From Diadema antillarum (Eukaryota), in the NCBI RefSeq assembly GCF_040938485.1, contig NW_027271028.1, forward strand, positions 434,001 to 498,000: a stretch of 64,000 bases of DNA, read 5' to 3'. Of this stretch, positions 37,773-50,100 are shown piece after piece. Positions within the stretch are counted from its first letter, which is position 1, and every line of letters begins with the position of its first letter. The notes below the pieces were generated by a model, which made no database searches, was not told where the DNA came from, and worked only from the letters and a program-made list of their open reading frames with translations. The position numbers were made by a program, and so were the translations under genes.

Positions 37773-38188
37773 TTAAATTTTCGAGGATAGGTAGCTGATG
37801 ACGTTAGGCGGACGATGACTGTAGTAATTATTGTTGGATAGTGGTTTGTCCTGAGTGAGACGAAGCTGATTAAAATGAGAAACCTTACTTGCAGAAATCA
37901 TTTGTGACTCAACATCGCATAGATTTAAAGATAATGACAAAGTAAATGACTCCCACAACAATTTCGAACATTTCCCGGAGTCATGGCCTTTTCAGGTCTG
38001 TTTGCTTCTTTGCTTCTAGGAATGGGTCAGACTGTAGAAGACATTATATGAATTATGACTTACGTGGATCAAAATTGTAGACCAGCTAAATCATAGTCGA
38101 GATGTTTCAGTTTTGGTTTGGGTCAGTACCACCCTAAATGTCTTGCTCCCGAAGAATACTGGAGGTGAGAAAAACCAGCGTGCTTTAA

Positions 38189-38580
38189 AGGGATTGTGCA
38201 GTATTGGTGGAGATGAGGATTGGGCTTTTAGTTGGTGGTTTTTTTTTTGTGCAAGATACCAAGAAACCACTTATGGAATATTACAGAGCACACCGTTCTT
38301 CAGAGGAATTCAAGGTTAATTTGATGAAAATCAGTTGTGGAGACATCCAAAAACAAAGTAAAACAAAGCGATCCTAATAAAAGGTGGGTCCCACCTTTTA
38401 TTAGGATTACTCTGTTTGTATATCTCGGCCATTTCACAACCAACTTTAATCCAATAAACGTTGAATTCCTCTTACAGTTACAAGCATTTTCACATTTCAC
38501 AAGAGACTAGGTTTCTCATTATCTCACCATAAAATGTTAGAAATCTGAAGTTAGGTCTCAACCAAAACTATGCAATCCCT
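38189..38580. mobile_element. TTAA-flanked Kolobok-like MITE, copy 2
   Basis: TTAA at 38185-38188 and 38581-38584; central 37-bp palindrome at 38371-38407. Confidence 0.8.
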
Positions 38581-39024
38581 TTAAGTCTCACTTTTTCTTC
38601 CATGTACCAATGATTTTGTTTTCTTTCGTAAAGTTTAGAAATGTTAGTTTCTTCAAGGAGCGTAGCATCTTACATCCATAAGGTATAAATTACGCAGACT
38701 TGTGTGGCTTCATGCGTTTTGTAGATTTACATATAAAATTTTGAGCTTTACTCATATCTAACATCCATCGAAATCCAATCACATTTAGCACAAATACATG
38801 CCGCTGTTTGGTAATATACTTATGAAACACATTATCACTAAAATCATCAAAGTAACTTTGCGTCAATACTGACAGTTTAATGTTAACGTTTATAACATTC
38901 GTATTTTCTATCCTGAAATATACACAAAAATACACTGGCACACACACATACACTCAAAACCCACTAATGCACACAAAACACACACACATGCACCCTCACG
39001 CACATACACACGCACACGCACACG

Positions 39025-39056
<32 letters not shown>

Positions 39057-39089
39057 TGCTTTATAACTTGCCCAAGTTACCTTTACCTG

Positions 39090-39450
39090 TGACAGTAGAC
39101 TTCAGCCTGTATGCATTCTGACAAGTTTCGCTAGTATCAATGAACCCTCTGGTCCTTAATTTTTCCTCAAACAAACACCATCGAATAAAATTTGAGGGCC
39201 CCATATCGTACAAGCTTTGCCTTTTTATAGTGGGACGTTCCATTTCCATTCCCATCCTTATTCAATTTATACCATGCATATGTTAATATAAAAAGATACA
39301 ATTATGTTTTCTTCATTTTTACTCATTATCACATGTATTTTGTTAATTTATGTTTTTGCAATCGTTACAAATGTTCTGCTTATACATTGTATACAATTTT
39401 CTCTGTTTATATGATGGAAATGACATGAAATTTGAATTGAATTGAAAAAA
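39090..39450 (+). mobile_element. Possible degenerate LINE 3' remnant
   Basis: IKFEGP motif resembles I.F.GP.LWN; (TTGAA)n-like tail near 39430-39445. Confidence 0.3.
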
Positions 39451-40625
39451 AAAATCAGATGAACTTATTAGATATCTTGCATCCGACATCGGGCATATTT
39501 TAACAATTTAAAACAAATGTTTCACCAGCACCCTGTCAACGGTGTTTACATAAAAATGAAGAAAATGGTTAATTTGACGACATTTTGTTATCATAGTGAT
39601 TTATCATTAATTCACGCAATTTCACGTGTCTGTCTTATCTGAACTTTTATCAGCAGAAGAAAGTATGTACAGAAAAGCAAGTCTGGTCGAATGTGAATAT
39701 GGATGAAGGTTTGAATTATTGTGGTTCAAAGTGATCAGATAACTGATAGTTTTGTAGGTTTGGATATGTGACTTTACTTTTACACGAAAATAAAATCTGC
39801 ATTTTTACAATACATATGAAGAGTTTTATTGCAAAATGAGCTAAGCGCCATATTTTAACATTTCACAGTAAGTCTATCATCTGATAGAATAAAATGAAAT
39901 CTTTCCAGTAATACCTCACTCGTGATATAAAAAGGAATATTCTAGAAGTTATGATTAAAAATATCTTGTATTTTATTGTTTTCTTTGTTTCGTTAGCAGC
40001 TTTAATCACAAATATCTCAATTTAACAAGAATGGAGTTAGCTGTTTTGCGATAANNNNNNNNNNNNNNNNNNNNNNNNNNNNNNNNNNNNNNNNNNNNNN
40101 NNNNNNNNNNNNNNNNNNNNNNNNNNNNNNNNNNNNNNNNNNNNNNNNNNNNNNNNNNNNNNNNNNNNNNNNNNNNNNNNNNNNNNNNNNNNNNNNNNNN
40201 NNNNNNNNNNNNNNNNNNNNNNNNNNNNNNNNNNNNNNNNNNNNNNNGGGTAGTAATGCATTTTAGTCCGACAGTGCTATTTAATCAAACCAAATTTTCG
40301 ACGCATACACACGTCTTCTTCAGGGTCGGCATGAATAAACAGCACAGTTGGACTAAAATGCATTACTACCCTACAACGTCATCTTTTCTGTACTGGTACC
40401 AACACGCAGACTACAAACATCATATATATATATCATCAAAATAATGCATTGAACCAAGTTCATGCTGTAATCAGCAACAGTTTATCAAGAACACTTGAGA
40501 AAGAGCGAATCGCTCGAAAATGTGTGTGCCGAAATAAACTGTCGGTGATTAGGCCTACAGCATGAACTTGGTTTCAGTTTTATTTTTGATATTATCACAT
40601 CAACACGAGGACAGCTGTATATATG

Positions 40626-40666
<41 letters not shown>

Positions 40667-43238
40667 GTTTGTGTAAGTGTGTATGCGGTTTTGGATATGT
40701 GACTTTACTTTCACATGCATACGAATGCATGTTATAGTATATATATATATATATATATATAAAACATGCGTGTAGGTAAGTGAGTGTACTTTTGTTTTGA
40801 TGGAGAAAACATCTAAATAACTCTCTTTCGTTATAAATCATTTGTTATCACTGGGTTCATTGTAACCATGGTAACAATGAATCATTAAATTCACATCGAC
40901 AGCACACTTTCAACATAAGCACACGCGCGCGCACACAGATACAGGTCCACTAGCACTACAGTAAACGGAGATTGATATCGGAACTCTAACCTTGCTCACA
41001 GTCAACTACAGTATTTGATTGATAATCACAATCTCAGTCAATTTAGATTATGTAACCACATTTCATAGCCAATTTAAATTCTCACTTATCATGATTTTCT
41101 TCCTTTTGTCTTCAAATGGAGTAGATATTACGAGACGCAGTGTGAAATCAATACAAAGCTTTCTTTCATCACAAAATGAAAGGACATAATTGAATACACT
41201 GTATTTGCACGCTTAAATTGATAAAACATGATTTGATCTTATTTTATGTAGGTATAGCCATATGTTTTAAACCAAATTTACCTTTTGACTGTTAAGGTTA
41301 GAAGGTATGAAATAGAATATGCATGAAGGAAGCGGAATATCATATTTACACAGTGACTCAAGGCCTGTTTATTGAATATCACGTCTATCTAAACTTTATT
41401 TTACTATGTGGGGCTCATACAATGGAATATATCTTACAACAACACGAGTGCACGGCCTTGTGTTGTTCAATTCTTTATCCGACATAATATCATAACCATT
41501 ATCAATGATTGTACATCAGTAAATGATTAGAAATACCAAATGTATTAAAAGAATAACTACGATTATGATTGTGGAGTTAATTTCTGAATCTTTAATATCT
41601 GCGTCGCATGACTGCAAGCTATTCTGAAATTAAAAGGTGCTTTAAGATTTAAAGGTTAAAACTGTTTTCATGATATGGGCACACACAATAAAAATTCTTA
41701 ACCAGGAACACAAGATAGATTAGAAAAGAAACAATTGTACTTGTATCGACTATGAATAAAACAAAATCAGCATTAGCTCTTTTCTACCTTCAAAAAATGA
41801 CAACATTAAACGAATGTGGAGATGCAAACCGATTCAACTTTACTCAGGTATTCTACCAGAAATTAATGTACTTTCTCATGCCAATCACCTATTGAGTTGT
41901 AACCATACAAAGAAGGTAACCTATGGTATCAGCTTTGTAATTGCACAATCTCCGTACTCATGCCACAGTATGGGTTAATGTTTGCTTAGACTTGAAATAG
42001 TCGTGATGGATTATTTCATTGCTAATTCATTTTATGTTCAGAAAAACTATCATTGGAACGCAAAGCATTTAATATGTGAAACCAAATAGATTCTCATTTC
42101 TCAATCTAGTCGTCTCCGTCTAGGTTTGAAAACCTGAAAGTATGATTTGTATAGATTCGTACAAACCGACATCTCCTGAAATAAAAAAGTGTAGAAATAA
42201 GAAAAAATCAAATTCTGAACAGACATATAGCTTGCACAAGAACTTTGCAATTTTTACACACATGAACATACTTAAAACATTTGATAGATATTTTCAAACT
42301 TTTGTATCTGACATGGTGAAAATCACATCACGAGTGCTAGCTTCGTGAAATACTGGAAGACATTCGTTTTGTCTTTGTACAAAATACACGTGTCTCCCCA
42401 TTCAATAACCCAGCAAGGCCCTTTAAGACTAACCACGTGGAAATTGGGCGTGGTTCTTCTGGTGTTATTAACGTTGGTATGAATTTCACCTGCCTTACGA
42501 AAGGTAATACCTGTAGTAAATCCATGTGAAGCACCGGTCCCTTCGTAAGCTGAGTAACACACTCGTCAGCCTACTGGACACAAAAATGAAGACACCTCTT
42601 ATCTCTCGTCTGTACAATAGGCACTGAGAATGTATGACATTGTCTTTTTTTTTTCTTTTTGTTTAGAAAGAAAAGTCTAGATATGTGAGACCTTCTCAAA
42701 AATTTTTGTCTGACCATATTTATACTAAACTACCAAGAAGCAGCAAATGTACACGTTTTATCGAGCTCTGAGTGAAATATTATACAAAAGAAAGAAAGTG
42801 AATTGCCATTCTGCGGTCTGGTTGTAAAGTGGTTAGTGTAAATGTGACGCTCAGAGGCTGCTCCCTGAATACAAGATTTTAAAGATACCTGCAGAACTTT
42901 CCAGCACGTGTACATACGAGCATTATCTTAGGATAACATGTAAACAAGTACACACAACCCAGTATTATAGTTCTGTGGTTTGGCTTCATCTCGATCCACG
43001 CTTTGCAAATCTGTAGTTTCTTTCTGAGCGTCACATACATTTGTTAAAGATTTCGTAAGTGGGTGGAATTTGAGAGGGAGGTATGTTCTCCCTAGTGATG
43101 GAATATTACACCATTGCGTGACTCTCAAAATCAATTTGCCAAGCGTGAATACCTATGTCTTTGCGGCTTCCCTTAAAACGAATAACCAACTTGCATTTGT
43201 GTTCCTGTTATGATTAAACCTACTTGGGGGAGGAGAAA

Positions 43239-43612
43239 TTAAGCTTTGTGCTCTGTCTTCTTGATTAGATTGCGTGCGGTGTCTGGGAGTGGCTCGATGA
43301 CTAGATCACCCTCTACTCTCGTTTCCCCGCCTTTTTTGTCTGTGGCAATGCAAATGTACTTCCCGTCGTCTGACATGTTGAGCTCTTGAAAGACGATGGC
43401 GTAGATGCCTGTTTCGGCTGAATCTTCTTGTGTCACTCGAACGCCGTCGAATTTGACTGGGGTTTCTTCGCCGTAGTCGCCTTCTTCGTCGATGACGGCA
43501 TGCTTCCAGACTACGCTCCCGACCTCGGCAGGATTCTCGACCTCTACCTCAAGTCGCTCACCGCTCTCCTCGATGACCTGCGTGGAGTCAGGAAGTGCAC
43601 GAGCGAAGATCA
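43239..43612 (-). CDS. Stop-terminated I-set immunoglobulin-domain exon (telokin-like single Ig)
   Basis: Long pyrimidine tract ending ttccccag| (43613-43614). The reading IFARALPD..V....LEVEV..P...VVW...Y.I......DDGKYICIATDKKGG.......LVI fits the I-set pattern. In-frame TAA at 43241-43239 and no strong internal donor. Confidence 0.85.
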
Positions 43613-44760
43613 CTGGGGAAAAAAGGAGAAGAGAAAATGTGCCATTTGCAAGCTGGTATCACAAGCATAAGTTATATTATATACATAGACATATTCTATT
43701 TCTCTCTCTCTCTCTCTCTCTGCATCATTCCATCTATACACAAACATCCTCACACACACACACACACACACTCGCTTATATATGTATATTGATTATATAT
43801 ATATATATATATATTGAAAGATAAAGAAATTAAAAATAGTGTGTGCATGCAGAAACAGACAGATACGGCCATTTTCATGTACATAAACACAAACAATATA
43901 CATTAACATATGAACACATAATAGGAGAAGAAAATTTCATTATAGCTACTTACAGCTATAATTAAAGCCATGAATATTTTCACTCTTGTCGTTTTTCTTT
44001 CCCCTCATAGTGGGCAAGAGAAAGTTTACACACACTGATTTATTAATGACTTCATATAATTTCTCTGTAACTATTGCAAGATTATAGGCCCTATTGTAAT
44101 TTGCAGTTGTTTTTTATTTAGCAACAAATGAGTTACATGGACACCTGTAAACCCATCTTACACAGTAAATATGCCTGGTTGGGCATCAAATAAAAGAGGG
44201 CACGAGCGACTAATCAGATTTCAGTATCAAAACCATTTTTACCCACGCAAAGAGAATCCAAAACTTTGGAAAATCNNNNNNNNNNNNNNNNNNNNNNNNN
44301 NNNNNNNNNNNNNNNNNNNNNNNNNNNNNNNNNNNNNNNNNNNNNNNNNNNNNNNNNNNNNNNNNNNNNNNNNNNNNNNNNNNNNNNNNNNNNNNNNNNN
44401 NNNNNNNNNNNNNNNNNNNNNNNNNNNNNNNNNNNNNNNNNNNNNNNNNNNNNNNNNNNNTAATAATAATAATAATCAATCATTTCTTCACCGCAGAAAC
44501 TATGTACATCTACAAGTTTTCTACTGCATTGTCCACAAGGGGTGCACTTTATCAACTAAGGTTGGGACAGGCACGGGTAACTCGCTGCATGCGTTTGTAT
44601 GATATTCCAATAGGGTAATTTGAATAGAATCTTGAGCATGGGGTCCAACCCGCAAACGCGTTTGTGCTTTGATTATCACATCGTGAACGAAATATCCACA
44701 AAATCAACCATGAGCTACAGGATGCAAGGCTTTGAGTCTTGGTGATAATATTACAAGATC

Positions 44761-45019
44761 CAGGTGTGAGTTTCTTCAATTTGTCTCCCTATACAAATAA
44801 ATTTGTAGTCGCAATGTGCATCTGTGAATTACCAAACATTTCAAAAAAAGGAACCAGTGGGAAGCGAACCTGTCATGTTATATATATATATATATATATA
44901 TATACTGCTTTCCGGGCAGCGACACTACCACCACGCTGTCCCTGGTTGCCAGCAAGGACACGATGAACATGGAACAAATTTCTTTGTATAGGGAGACAAA
45001 TTGAAGAAACTCACACCTG
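44761..45019. mobile_element. MITE-like element with 46-bp inverted repeats around a (TA)n core
   Basis: 44761-44806 versus 44974-45019, one mismatch. Confidence 0.7.
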
Positions 45020-46804
45020 AACCTTCACCCCGCTGAATGATATCTTTCCTGTATTTAACATTACAAGATATATAAAAGAATCGACATGTCATCGAAACTT
45101 TGACAGCTTTCGACAAGAATCAAAAACATTGAGCGGAAAATAACACGTCATAGATTAAAAAAAAAAAAAACACCACTAGGACAAAGCTATCATTAGTTTT
45201 GTAAACAGCATAGAGCGTAGATAATTCGACAATTGATAATCTGATAATTGACAACCATGGTGATGTAAGGACAGGATCCAGTCGACGCAGAAGGTCGTAT
45301 GTGTGGCTAAGAATACAAGTTCTTTTCACGAGAAAGTAGAGAGAAGCAAAGCAGACCAGAAACATACAAGTCAAATGTTGAGGTGCAAAAGGTTCTTGAC
45401 AATGTGCGCGCTATCGCAACTTCACATTTTGGAAAGATAATGTGACCAAGAGTTGAAATATCATAAATGTGCGAATCAGAATGTTAATCCCAAACCAAAA
45501 ATTAACCTGCAAGGACTGGTATACAAACTTCTTCTTGCTCTCCTCCAAAAAGACACCTGTTCCGCTTTTATAATATTATGACACATGGACACAAATTGGC
45601 ATTCGACACCAAAAGATAGCTATCCTTTGCATAGGGAGTTCGCTTGACAGAATCATACTGATTTATGTATTTCTTTTCATACGACGCCAGAATCAAGTGA
45701 AATAATCACTCGTTGTGACATCTTCGAAGAAACACTGATCAAAACATCCATTAAAGATTATAACAATAAGCAGTAAGCATTACTGCAGCGCGAAAAGACC
45801 GGACCGTGATATTCACTCCTAGATTCAGTGTTGATGGAAAACGCGCGGATCATCATGTCATACGTAATTATGTCAGCTTTCCAACAAAAATCAGTTGATC
45901 AGTCGAAGTGAAATACAAAGCGACATGAGAAAACGAAATACAAAGAAGTTCTTGCAAAGATGTGACATCTGTTTACCAACGTTCAATGACTCAAGAGTTA
46001 TGGGTATATGAAATAATTCAATTTGAATTGATAAGTTCAGTGACCTTTGACCTTTGACCTACGATGACATGAAGACTCAGAGGAATAAAAGCTATTAATC
46101 TTCCATTTCAACTATGAACAAGACACAAGAGTGTTGATGCCTGGAATGGTAGGTGGTGACAAATGGGGAAAATTGAAGGTATTTTGACTAAGAATTCCAA
46201 TATGACAACAGTTGTTCTAAGTACTGGAGCTCGTCCACACAAGTCAGGCGATGGAAACCATAGGCGTGGCAAAGTAAGTACAACTGGTATATTACTCGAA
46301 GAAAATAAATTTCTATATATAAAAAAGTAGGTGACCCTAGTGTTTGCATCTATGTTAAACTTTTTTAAAGAGTAGAATAAATGACGAAGGTATGTAAAAT
46401 CTGAACATTCCAGCTGCGAGCTGAAAGCAACGTGATAGGGAGTGGAAGAGGAAGGCGAATGCCGAAGATCCATAAAAGGAATTCCAGTGAGGGGTCGCGC
46501 ACCCCTCTCGCTCTCCGCCTGCTTTGACCAGATTAATAATCATCCATTCAAATAATCCAAACTGTTCCTTTTAAATACTTTGAAATCGACTCATTGAATC
46601 ATATGCAATATAAGTTTCCACATTTTCTGCGAACAACGTACGATAATGATTTGTTTGGCATAATACGTAGCTAGTCACGGTCAAACCGGAGGGATTATAG
46701 TGAAGATTAAGTTAAGCTCCTAGCGCAAGACGGCACCATGCAGGATCGGCACGCGTGACGAACATGAGAAAATGGTGAGAGGAAAAAATATATAAGCATC
46801 TTAC

Positions 46805-46811
46805 CACTCAT
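46805..46811 (-). CDS. Start-codon segment ATG AGT G of an upstream exon, phase 1, in frame with the Ig exon (MSVIFAR...)
   Basis: Context caaccaaaaATGAGTG|gtaaga with in-frame TAG 16-18 nt upstream of the ATG; strong donor at 46803-46804. Confidence 0.7.
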
Positions 46812-47074
46812 TTTTGGTTGATGTATCTACGGTAATGATCTGCAAAATGAAGAATGTTGAGAGTGAAAATGGGTTTCTCTGCGATCTCCACACGGATTTG
46901 AAGCAAAATCCCGACCGATGGAACTACACTAACCCTTGGTAGAGAGACCGAGACGAGCGGACGGAGTGGCGAACTCAAGTTTGGGCAGACACTCAGTGAT
47001 GGAAATAGGTATGTTGGAGGGCATCAGTCGATCCGACAGCCAGAGAGAGAAGGGAGGAGGGGAGGGAGGCGAGA

Positions 47075-47116
47075 GAAGACTGAAATCTTAACGAAGGTTA
47101 AAGGTCACCTTTATAC
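47075..47116 (-). promoter_or_regulatory. Candidate core promoter: Inr TCAGTC (A at 47081) with TATAAAG about 34 nt upstream; two CCAAT boxes further upstream (47447-47451, 47496-47500)
   Basis: Motifs read directly; followed by a pyrimidine-rich leader that ends in the ATG-AGT-G donor. TATA spacing is slightly longer than canonical. Confidence 0.55.
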
Positions 47117-50100
47117 ACAGACATATACACACACACACACTCTCGCATACTCCATAGAGGCATGCACAGACGCGCACAGGTATGGCGCTTATCGAAGTTT
47201 CGAGACACACTCGGCTCTCAAACGCACACTTAGTCAACACACACGCACACACCAACGAGCACTTTATCTCACACACGCACAATACACACATCAGCTTTCT
47301 TCCACACACACACACACACATACACACACACACTTGTCGGATACAAAGACAAGCACACGTACACGATACCCGGGTAGGCTTAGGAATCCCAAACACGCGG
47401 GGACAGACAGGGAGTGAAAGAAAACAGAAAAAGTCGTTAGCCAAACCAATCAGAGAGTCGGAAGCTTGCTCCAAGCATTACTTTCGAGTAAGCCGATTGG
47501 TCAAAGAGGCGAGTTCGTTCATCTGTTCATCTGCTTTCAAGCTGTGCGTGCGATGGGCATTACCTGCTAGTTTACAAAATGGATTTAATAAATAGCTCTC
47601 TTGTGTTGATAATTCTTATCGACTACCTTTCCATATTTGTGCATTCTTCGCGTGGACCAAAACAAAGTACACAAACATGAAGGTCACCATACAACGTCTT
47701 GATAAAGAGTTTAGATCAGGCTTTAGATTAGGTTTAAATTTATTCAAAACTTACAGTTCGTCATCCAGATGGACTGCATGTATTTATCGAAAACTGCTTT
47801 GGAATTTTGTGATGCTGGGTCAAGTCACACTATCGGTGTATCTGTACATGGAATCCTGAATAGTCGAACCGAATTGTGTATGACGTTGTTTGAGGGGTCA
47901 ACATGGCCTACCAAATAACTAACTTGGAAGTAAATACTAGTTTATGAAGCACGTATACTAATCATTTAACCAGAGAAGGCACGCACTTATTCTTAGTATT
48001 TGAAACAATCAGATGTTATTTATGAAAAACGATATAAAATTCGCACTCTGGGCAATCTGTTACACATTGCGAAACAAAAAGGATAGGAAGTTGAATAATG
48101 GCATCTGCACAAGTTAACAGATTCATAGATAGGAGGTTCGTGTTTTTCTTCTTTTTATCGGATATCGATTAGGAATAAGAAATTGAGATATTATTGGGAT
48201 TTCTGGTAAACAAGGAAAGACAAAGCAAAAAAAAAATCATAATTCATTTACTGAGTTTATGGCCGATATCATTGATAAATGTTTGGTATCACTACATTCC
48301 AACCAAGCACCGAAAGTCAACGCAGATTAAAAACGGGAAAAAAGTGTTATCTTGGTATATCTGCCTCCTCATTTTGTTACCTGTGTTGACATTGTATCCG
48401 GAAGATTTGGTGGCACATGTTTTCATTTCTGTGTCTTAACTCTTCAAGCTGGCACGTTGCATATACTGATATAGGGTGTTTAAATGAAATGTACGCCATT
48501 AAAATAATGAAGTAGAAGAAAATAAACTGATATGCCAGGTAACTCAAAGAACATGGATGTTCCCATTTCGGGGCTCAGCGAATTGATATTATCTCTGAAA
48601 CAAAGAGAACAATCAATTATGATTAATGGAGCTCCTGAATGCTTTCCGACAAACGGCCGTATAACACTATAGTTAGTGGTATGGACATTAATCCCTGTCA
48701 GTTTGACCAGTAACATGTGCGCAGTAGGACTTGCTTTAATTGGCCGTAATTGTTAACCTACGACCTAGGAGTAATGACTGTTTGTGCCTCCTATATCACC
48801 GGGAATGGATATTTAAGCTTCAAAGTCAATGAGAGATTGTGTAAACTTTGTCTACTTCCCCACCCCCATATATTTTTTCAATGATTAATAAACATGCAGA
48901 GTTACGGCTCCAGCAACAGCAACAGCATAGGATTTCTTCAAGTCCGTGCATGACGATAGTTTATGATAATACAGATTAAAATTCAGATTTATGTTTTTGA
49001 TGATAACGTCAGAACTTTTATGAAATTACATAAGGAAACTAAAATATAAGCAATATTGATAGGAATAAGGCACATAAATTAATATGTAACAGTGATGACA
49101 CTGAGAGTATAGTGTAACTTGGCCACTGACCATATGAAACATTACATCATGATTAGTAACAGAGACGTTTTTGTTTCATTTGTAATCTAACATCTGTTAT
49201 CTAGTATCTCCAAAGATTCTGTACGATTGGAGAAGATGGTGGTTAGTAAGAAATGCGAGGCCGCTAGAATCGCAAACATACTAAAACAATCAAGCAAACT
49301 ATGAAATGAAAGTGGATAGTACGTCTATTCTTAGTGGAGACAAAGGACAAAGGAAATATTTCCTTTATAGATGAGGCCGTTTCAAAATTTTTGATGGCTG
49401 GCCGATGGCAGATTTACTAAATTGAAATACTCGATTATTTTCATTGTCACGTGACAATCAACATTCTATCATGCTCTCGGTAAGAAAAAAATATATAATA
49501 ATTATCATGTTTCCAATTAGTAGGCCCTAGTGTATGAGCTATGGTCTCAAGGGGTATTTTCATTTTACAGTACATGAGATGCCTTTTCAGAGACCTTTGT
49601 GAAAAAGGCATACATCTTCAGAAAACAGAATCGCAGTTCGCTATATTTATAATGCAACGATTAGGTCGTTGCATACCTGTTTGTAATAAGATTTTGCTAA
49701 ATTCTGCAAAAACCATGCAAACTATTTCAAAGACATGTCTGTTAAAGTGATATCACATCAAACGGACTTGACTGAAAGAAATCAACTGAATCAATTCCTT
49801 TTTCCTGCTATTCGTCTTTCTTAGCATGAAATAGGTACATTTGGTGTACATTTGTAATGTTGCCCGTTGTTGTTGTTGTTGTTGTTTTATAACGTTCTTT
49901 CAGCTAAATTTCGTCAAGCAGGCTATGGCGTGCCGAGGTAGGCATAATTCATTTATGAGGGATTTCGCGTCATAATCTCACTTATGGTCTATAGCCAAAT
50001 CTTTTTATTCCCCTGACCAGGTTGAAAACATCAATAATACAAATGCCTTGATCAGATTTACAGCTATTATAGGTGCAGGCTAGATGATGCAAACAGGCTA

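Noticed and set aside
39061-39255. - strand ORF with a zf-RVT-like stretch or a possible coding exon
   Set aside because: No Cys/His pattern completion and no acceptor; a + strand LINE remnant explains the region at least as well.
43428-43824. + strand ORFs overlapping the Ig exon
   Set aside because: Antisense shadows of GC-rich coding sequence that run into microsatellites; no recognisable domain.
47585-47596. MEF2 site upstream of the single-Ig promoter
   Set aside because: One mismatch to YTA(W)4TAR in AT-rich DNA, which is expected by chance.
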